From an uncultured Nitrososphaerales archaeon (GTDB lineage: Archaea > Thermoproteota > Nitrososphaeria > Nitrososphaerales > Nitrososphaeraceae), in contig CAVQMO010000001.1 of the NCBI GenBank assembly GCA_963713605.1, positions 32,001 to 96,000 on the forward strand: DNA of 64,000 nt. The letters are read 5' to 3'. The notes under the pieces are model-generated. The model was given only the letters and a program-made list of their open reading frames with translations, searched no databases and had not been told where the DNA came from. Positions 58,278 through 64,000 of the stretch are shown piece after piece. The position numbers were made by a program, and so were the translations under genes. Every line of letters starts with the position of its first letter. Position 1 is the stretch's first letter.

Positions 58278-58954
58278 AATGTCAAATACAGGAACGATAC
58301 TCAATAAGTTTTGTATATTCTGTGTATGATTAATAGAAAATCCTCCTTGTTTGAATAGAAGATTATGATTTATAATAACCCTTTATTCATATCAATGCTT
58401 CCCCGAATCTTGTGAACAAATGAATTTACGATACTTATATCAAGTATAATCGCAGATTTTGTAGCTGCGACATCCAATGCATTTTTGGATCCTTCGTGTC
58501 GTAATAAACTGCGTCTAATGCTTCTTTAATATAATGGGCAATTTGTGGATCCAATGTTGATGGTTGACTGCAGTCTTTCTAGATCGAATTCCGTCACTTA
58601 CTTCAAAGATTCGCTTTCTATTATTTGCTGCCTGTTGCTCCCTTTTATAATCGATAATTGTCTTTAATCCATTGTTATTAATAGCAACGATGGGTCAGTC
58701 GTTTGCGTATTATTTAACCGTAGTATAAGTTGGGATTAATTGAATTTAACTGTAGCTGGAATAAATTCCGCGACATACATCAAAATGAAGACGCAACCAG
58801 TCTTGCTAGAAACAATCAACACCAATTTGAGAAACGAAATCGCTTCATTCTACTATCGTTTAGTTTTTTCCGGTTTCAAGATCATGGCATTCACTTAACC
58901 ATCACAAACTTAGAGATTCAACAAATATATTCTAGAATTTTATACCTCTACGCG

Positions 58955-59353
58955 ATGAATGACGCTGATGAAGAGAAATTAAGAGAAAACAGAAAGTTAT
59001 GTAGGCAATTTTTGGAGCTATCACCCAAAATTAGATATGTCGGATTAATGAACAATTTTGGAAGAACTATTTCAGGACAGCTTAGAAAGGGAGTTATACC
59101 ATTGTTTTCTCCTGATGAAGCTAGAGATGAGAACTTTCTGGAAGCCACTAGGAATCTGCTAAGAAAGAAATTTGAAAAGGCCATAGGTAAGACAAGATTC
59201 ACAATTACTGAAAATGAAAAGGTCAAAATAGTATCGATACCAATAACTAGAGGATTTTTCTATATTACCTTGGAAAAAGACACAGAGAATGAAGAAATCC
59301 TAAAGATAATTGAATCTATTAAAACGCATGAAGATCCCATCTTGAGCAATTGA
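58955..59353 (+). CDS. Roadblock/profilin-like thaumarchaeal protein (DUF6659-like)
   Basis: CRQFLELSPKIRYVGLMNNFGR...G.LRKG..PL and F...IG..RF.....EKVK. Confidence 0.75.
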   Translation: MNDADEEKLRENRKLCRQFLELSPKIRYVGLMNNFGRTISGQLRKGVIPLFSPDEARDENFLEATRNLLRKKFEKAIGKTRFTITENEKVKIVSIPITRGFFYITLEKDTENEEILKIIESIKTHEDPILSN

Positions 59354-59385
59354 GAATAAACTAACGATATGCATTGCAGCCTTGT

Positions 59386-59844
59386 CTATTTCGAAAAAGC
59401 GACAAGCTTTCCTCTCATTTCTCTATCTTTAGAAACGGATCTATGCATGGGATCAACCAACACGACCTCAAACCACTGATGCATTCCGTCCTTATGCAAG
59501 TAATAAGATCCCACTACTTCTAAATTTGGAAACTTCTCACCCACTCTTCTTTCTGCGACTTTTCGCATACTAGTCCCTTGTTTTATACGTACAACCCCTA
59601 AGTGTTTGGGTCTTCTCCCTGCCACGGGTCTTTGTTTTCTCATTCCGCCTCTGCCCACTCTTGCACGCACCACAACTATGCCTTGTTTAGCCTTATAACC
59701 AATCTTTCGAGCACGATCTAGTCTACTCGGTCTTGGAATCCTATGAATTGAAGGTTCTTTCCTCCAATTAATTGCCTTTCCCTTTAGTTCATCTGAATTT
59801 GATTTCCACATTTTAAGCCAGGTGTCAGCAATGTATTGTCGCAT
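59386..59844 (-). CDS. rpl15e: 50S ribosomal protein eL15
   Basis: WRKEPSI.RI.RP.RLDRARKIGYKAKQG.VVVR.RV, AERRV..KFPNLEV and WFEVVLVDP. Confidence 0.96.
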   Translation of the reverse strand: MRQYIADTWLKMWKSNSDELKGKAINWRKEPSIHRIPRPSRLDRARKIGYKAKQGIVVVRARVGRGGMRKQRPVAGRRPKHLGVVRIKQGTSMRKVAERRVGEKFPNLEVVGSYYLHKDGMHQWFEVVLVDPMHRSVSKDREMRGKLVAFSK

Positions 59845-60609
59845 AAGGTGTGGGTAAGAAGAAAAACCCCTAATAATTGTATTGGATGGTTGAAAGAGGT
59901 CAGCCTTGATACGTACATGTTCATTAAACCAAGTATCAAAAAGTGAATCCTCATACTTTGCAGCTTCTGCATTATGCGGCGGCTTAAGTTCTTTTCCAAG
60001 TTTTCCACCTAAGGTACATATTCCGATATTCCTTCGTTTTATAGGACGTTCAATAAACTCAGTCTCTATTACATGAGTTTGCTTCTGTTATTTTGTTCTC
60101 GAATACTACTCTCAATTCATCTCGATTTTTCGATAATAGATCAAACTTTCATGGATCTAATGGACCTTACATAATTAGTATATCATAGATAATTCCAAAT
60201 TACACAGATTAACTTCTAGTGATTGAAGCCTATTCTGCAGTTATCGACAAGAAGGCAAACTTATTGAGGGAGCAAGTCTACGAAGAATTGACAGCAGGTG
60301 ATACTGCTGTGATAAGATTCCTAACTCGTGAATAAAATACTGAATCAGACAATCTCATTTGGGTATCTCTATATACAGGCGACTGAAGCATCTACATCTA
60401 ACAAATTCAAAAGCCTTGCGTAAATATTAATTCACGTACATAGTAGTAACATTACGTAATTGTTGATTCATCAGAGTCTCCTACTAATGAGTAATCCATA
60501 AATGGTTAATAATGTACTAGCATATTAAATGACAACGATTTATGGCAGTTAAATAATTAAGTATTTATTATTACAACATAAAGAGATAGCTGGAAGAATG
60601 TGGAAGAAT

Positions 60610-61209
60610 TTATGAGGAAGAAAGATTGCCTCTTTTAGATTCGTATTCTTTTATGGCTCCTTCCAATTCAAGAGTTAGCCCTATTTCATCTAAACCTTGC
60701 ATTAACATCCTTTTGTGAAAGCCATTAATGAGAAAACTAAATGACCGATCACGACAATCTACTTTTTGTTTATTTAAATCAACTATGATGTCCTCATCTT
60801 CAGAATTTTTAAATAGAAATTCTACCTCTTGGTGTTCGAGCTGGATAGGTAAGAGTGCATTCTTGAAGCAGTTATTATAGAAGATATCTGCGAATGAAGG
60901 AGCAATGAGGACAATAACCCCAAAATCTCTTAATGCCCATACCGCATGTTCGCGGGAGCTCCCGCTGCCAAAATTATCCCGAGTAAGAAGGATTCGTCTT
61001 CCCGCGTATCTCTTGTCGTTTAGAACAAAGTCAGTTGAAAGCGTTCCATTGTCTTGATATCGCCAATTGTAAAAAAGAAATTCGCCATAGCCCTCCTTCT
61101 TTACCATCTTAAGAAACTGCTTTGGAATGATCTGGTCAGTATCAACGTTTATGATATCCAACGGGATTGCCTTATCGCGTATGAAATTGAAGGGTTTCAT
61201 TTTACCCAA
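60610..61209 (-). CDS. leuD: 3-isopropylmalate dehydratase small subunit
   Basis: NVDTDQIIPKQFLK, NFGSGSSREHAVWAL, SFADIFYNN and GLDEIGLTL. Confidence 0.96.
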   Translation of the reverse strand: MGKMKPFNFIRDKAIPLDIINVDTDQIIPKQFLKMVKKEGYGEFLFYNWRYQDNGTLSTDFVLNDKRYAGRRILLTRDNFGSGSSREHAVWALRDFGVIVLIAPSFADIFYNNCFKNALLPIQLEHQEVEFLFKNSEDEDIIVDLNKQKVDCRDRSFSFLINGFHKRMLMQGLDEIGLTLELEGAIKEYESKRGNLSSS

Positions 61210-61221
61210 GTTCCAATCGAT

Positions 61222-62667
61222 CTAAAACCAATCTCTCACATCAACAAATTTTCCTTCCACTGCTGCAGCCGCGGCCATGATTGGGCTAACTAAATGAGTC
61301 CTTCCGCCAAATCCTTGTCGTCCTTCAAAGTTGCGATTAGATGTACTTGCACATCTCTGCTTAGGAGCAAGTATATCGGGATTCATTCCTAGGCACATGC
61401 TACATCCAGATTCGCGCCATTCGAAGCCAGCCTTCTTAAAAATTATATCGATACCTTTCTCTTCAGCAGCCCTTTTCACAGATTGAGAACCAGGAACCAC
61501 CATTGCATTGACCCTTGACGAGACAGTCCTTCCCTCAATCATTCTAGACGCATCTATTAAATCTTCCAACCTAGCATTCGTGCAAGATCCAATAAACACA
61601 CGATCTATGTTTATCTCGGTTATAGGCACGCCAGGCTCTAGACCCATGTACTCCAATGCCCTCTTGGCTGATTTTTCTTGCTCGATATTTCCATCAGCAA
61701 ATTCTTCTGGGTACGGGATATTTTCTGTGACATCTACAACCATCGAAGGATTTGTCCCCCAACTGACCTGAGGGGCTAGTTTCGAAAGATCCATGCTGAT
61801 GGATTTGTCGAAACAAGTTTCAGAATCCGTAATTAGAGAAGATTGCCAATACTCAATTAGCTTATCTAACTTTTCTCCGGAGGGCGCAAATGGACGTCCT
61901 CTAATGTAATCGAAGGTAACATCATCTGGAGCCATCAAACCAGCCCTTGCTCCACCCTCAATAGACATGTTACAGATTGTCATTCTTTGCTCCATTGAAA
62001 GAGTGGAAATTCCTTCACCACTGTACTCAATCACCGAACCTATCCCGCCAGATATGCCCATATTTCTAATTGTTGCAAGAATAATATCTTTAGCAGATAA
62101 TCCTCGACGGTCGTTAATTGTTCCAACGAATTTGATGTTGAGGCTCTTGGGCTTTTGCATCCAGAGACATTGTGTAGCAAGTACGTGTTCGACATCACTT
62201 GTTCCTATACCCATCGCTAACGCTCCAAATGCACCGTGAGTGGATGTATGGCTATCTCCACAAACAATTGTCATTCCTGGCAGAGTAAGGCCCAGTTCCG
62301 GACCGATGACATGGACTATGCCCTGTTGCGGGCTGAGCATATCAAAGAGCGTGATGTCAAACTCTTTACAGTTGTCACTCAATGCATGCATTTGTACTGT
62401 GGAGTCACCATCGATTAATGGAATAGAACGGTTAGTTGTTGGAACATTGTGATCCATCGTTGCGAACGTCAGCTCTGGGCGTCTGACCGTTCGTCCACGT
62501 TGCTTCAAGCCAGCAAAAGCTTGAGGGGATGTGACCTCGTGTATGAGATGACAATCTATGTAAAGTAGAGATGGATTACCGTACGCTGTGTCCATTCCTT
62601 GATAAACTACATGATTATCCCAAATCTTATCAAACAGCGTCCTTTCCATCACTACAGCAATGACCAT
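61222..62667 (-). CDS. leuC: 3-isopropylmalate dehydratase large subunit
   Basis: HEVTSPQAF, CGDSHTSTHGAFG, IGSCTNAR, GCSMCLGMN and STSNRNFEGRQG. Confidence 0.97.
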   Translation of the reverse strand: MVIAVVMERTLFDKIWDNHVVYQGMDTAYGNPSLLYIDCHLIHEVTSPQAFAGLKQRGRTVRRPELTFATMDHNVPTTNRSIPLIDGDSTVQMHALSDNCKEFDITLFDMLSPQQGIVHVIGPELGLTLPGMTIVCGDSHTSTHGAFGALAMGIGTSDVEHVLATQCLWMQKPKSLNIKFVGTINDRRGLSAKDIILATIRNMGISGGIGSVIEYSGEGISTLSMEQRMTICNMSIEGGARAGLMAPDDVTFDYIRGRPFAPSGEKLDKLIEYWQSSLITDSETCFDKSISMDLSKLAPQVSWGTNPSMVVDVTENIPYPEEFADGNIEQEKSAKRALEYMGLEPGVPITEINIDRVFIGSCTNARLEDLIDASRMIEGRTVSSRVNAMVVPGSQSVKRAAEEKGIDIIFKKAGFEWRESGCSMCLGMNPDILAPKQRCASTSNRNFEGRQGFGGRTHLVSPIMAAAAAVEGKFVDVRDWF

Positions 62668-62842
62668 TTACTCGAATATAATTATTAGGAGTACAATCTG
62701 AAATTATAGCGATAACGTACGTGTTGAATTTTGACGTCTGATATCGGAAACGGTTAGGCCATCGACTTAGAACCAATCCGGCTTTTCAGAAGATAATAGA
62801 TTGGACAATACTTAAATTTAGTACCCGTTTCATACCTGTAGG

Positions 62843-63502
62843 ATGGATCTACAGAATAGCGGATACTCGAAGTATGTTCTAGAGCATATGAAGAAAGGTA
62901 CTACTACATGTGCCTTAACCTGTAGTGATGGAGTAGTTCTTGCTGCTGACACAAGGGCAAGTGCAGGATTCTTCATAGCAGATAGACATGTCATGAAAAT
63001 TCAGAAGGTCGATAGGCATCTAGGCATGACAATAGCAGGGGGTGTAGCAGACGCTCAAAATCTTGTCGACATCATGAGGTATAATGCCAATATATTTAGA
63101 CTTTCGAACAGAAAATTGATGCCAGTCAAGTCTGCCGCTAGGCTGTGCTCTAACGTGCTCTTCAATCAAAGATATTTCCCTTATTACGTGCAGATCATAA
63201 TGGCTGGCTATGACTCCGAGGAAGTAGCCAAGATTTATAACATTGATCTATTTGGGTCAATGACTACTGAAAACTTTATCTCTACTGGAAGTGGTTCCCC
63301 CGTTGCATACGGATACTTAGAATCTGAATTCCGAAATGACTTGAATGTAGACGATGGCTACAAATTAGCTATCCGTGCAATTGCTGGAGCCATCCGAAGA
63401 AATGCGGGCACGGGCGACGGTATTAACGTTGTTATTATAGATAAGGACGGATTTAGAGAACTCCCCAAGGAGAAGAAGGAGGCAGTGAAAGTAGCTAATT
63501 AA
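62843..63502 (+). CDS. psmB: Proteasome beta subunit
   Basis: Propeptide then KGTTT; AADTRASAG, TIAGGVADAQ, GSGSPVAYG.LE and TGDGI. Confidence 0.96.
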   Translation: MDLQNSGYSKYVLEHMKKGTTTCALTCSDGVVLAADTRASAGFFIADRHVMKIQKVDRHLGMTIAGGVADAQNLVDIMRYNANIFRLSNRKLMPVKSAARLCSNVLFNQRYFPYYVQIIMAGYDSEEVAKIYNIDLFGSMTTENFISTGSGSPVAYGYLESEFRNDLNVDDGYKLAIRAIAGAIRRNAGTGDGINVVIIDKDGFRELPKEKKEAVKVAN

Positions 63503-63565
63503 GTATGGCAACGTTAAGAAAAATGTACTCATAACGGATAATAATTTCTGGGAACTCGCTCCGTT

Positions 63566-63580
63566 GGGGCGGAATTTTTG
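63566..63580 (+). terminator. GC-rich hairpin between convergent genes
   Basis: CGCTCC-GTT-GGGGCG followed by GAATTTTT. Confidence 0.3.
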
Positions 63581-63760
63581 CCAATTCTGGGTGGTCCAGG
63601 TGTGAGCTCCATCATGAGACTTGGCTATGGTTCTTGCCTCATTACAACAATTATTACTACAACACTATGAAATTATTTTTTCCCTATTTTGTGCTTCGTG
63701 CAATATAAAACAGGATCCAAATTATTGCACAAGTCAGGTTTTAGTTGCAACTCCAATAAA

Positions 63761-64000
63761 CTATCTACTGTCATCCTCATATTCAAGAATTGTTATATTG
63801 CCATGATTTAGTGGATTGCGATTCAGAGTGTTTCTAACAGCCTTGTTCGCGTAGATTACAATTTCTTCAAAACGGTTCGAGTTCACAAATGCTTTCAAAG
63901 ACTTGATAGTTTGGTCATACGAATACTCCATCGCTTCGTCATCAGAATTAGCCCGTTTCGACAGATTGTGAGCAGCGGGATATATATCACATAATTCAAC
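63761..64000 (-). CDS. C-terminal end of a gene starting beyond the window, possibly archaeosine tRNA-guanine transglycosylase
   Basis: Open from 64000 to TAG 63761: VELCDIYPAAHNL...EYEDDSR*. ELxDIYP resembles the arcTGT C-terminal P.EL...YP motif. Confidence 0.5.
   Translation of the reverse strand, partial: VELCDIYPAAHNLSKRANSDDEAMEYSYDQTIKSLKAFVNSNRFEEIVIYANKAVRNTLNRNPLNHGNITILEYEDDSR

Noticed and set aside
59386..59844. eL15 shorter than typical archaeal eL15
   Set aside because: Ends cleanly with no downstream continuation; short eL15 is, from recall, normal in Thaumarchaeota.

Overview
Chromosomal window from an ammonia-oxidising archaeon, most likely a soil-type Nitrososphaeraceae (Thaumarchaeota/Nitrososphaerota). 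The assignment rests on archaeal information-processing genes (EF-2, Cdc48, uL2, eL15, prefoldin, proteasome beta, thermosome, archaeal LeuRS/AlaRS), an ESCRT-III/CdvB paralogue, MpgS and the ADP-forming 4-hydroxybutyrate-CoA ligase of the thaumarchaeal HP/HB cycle. From about 15 kb onward the window is mostly housekeeping, with decayed accessory patches. The first ~14.6 kb is a nitrogen/metal-flavoured accessory region: a His-tailed thermosome subunit, a ureohydrolase translationally coupled to a stand-alone urease-gamma-like protein, TerC, a degenerate SelD-like protein, an MFS transporter and a His/Gln-tailed CDF. The best candidate for an undescribed system is the ureohydrolase + UreA-like pair, whose promoter shares an identically positioned motif with glnA. 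About a dozen genes, several essential, carry single-base frameshifts. These cluster at (A)GCT sites and look like systematic, possibly methylation-linked, sequencing errors rather than real pseudogenes. No rRNA, tRNA, CRISPR array or intact mobile element was found. All protein calls are from recognition of motifs by eye; no database searches were run.
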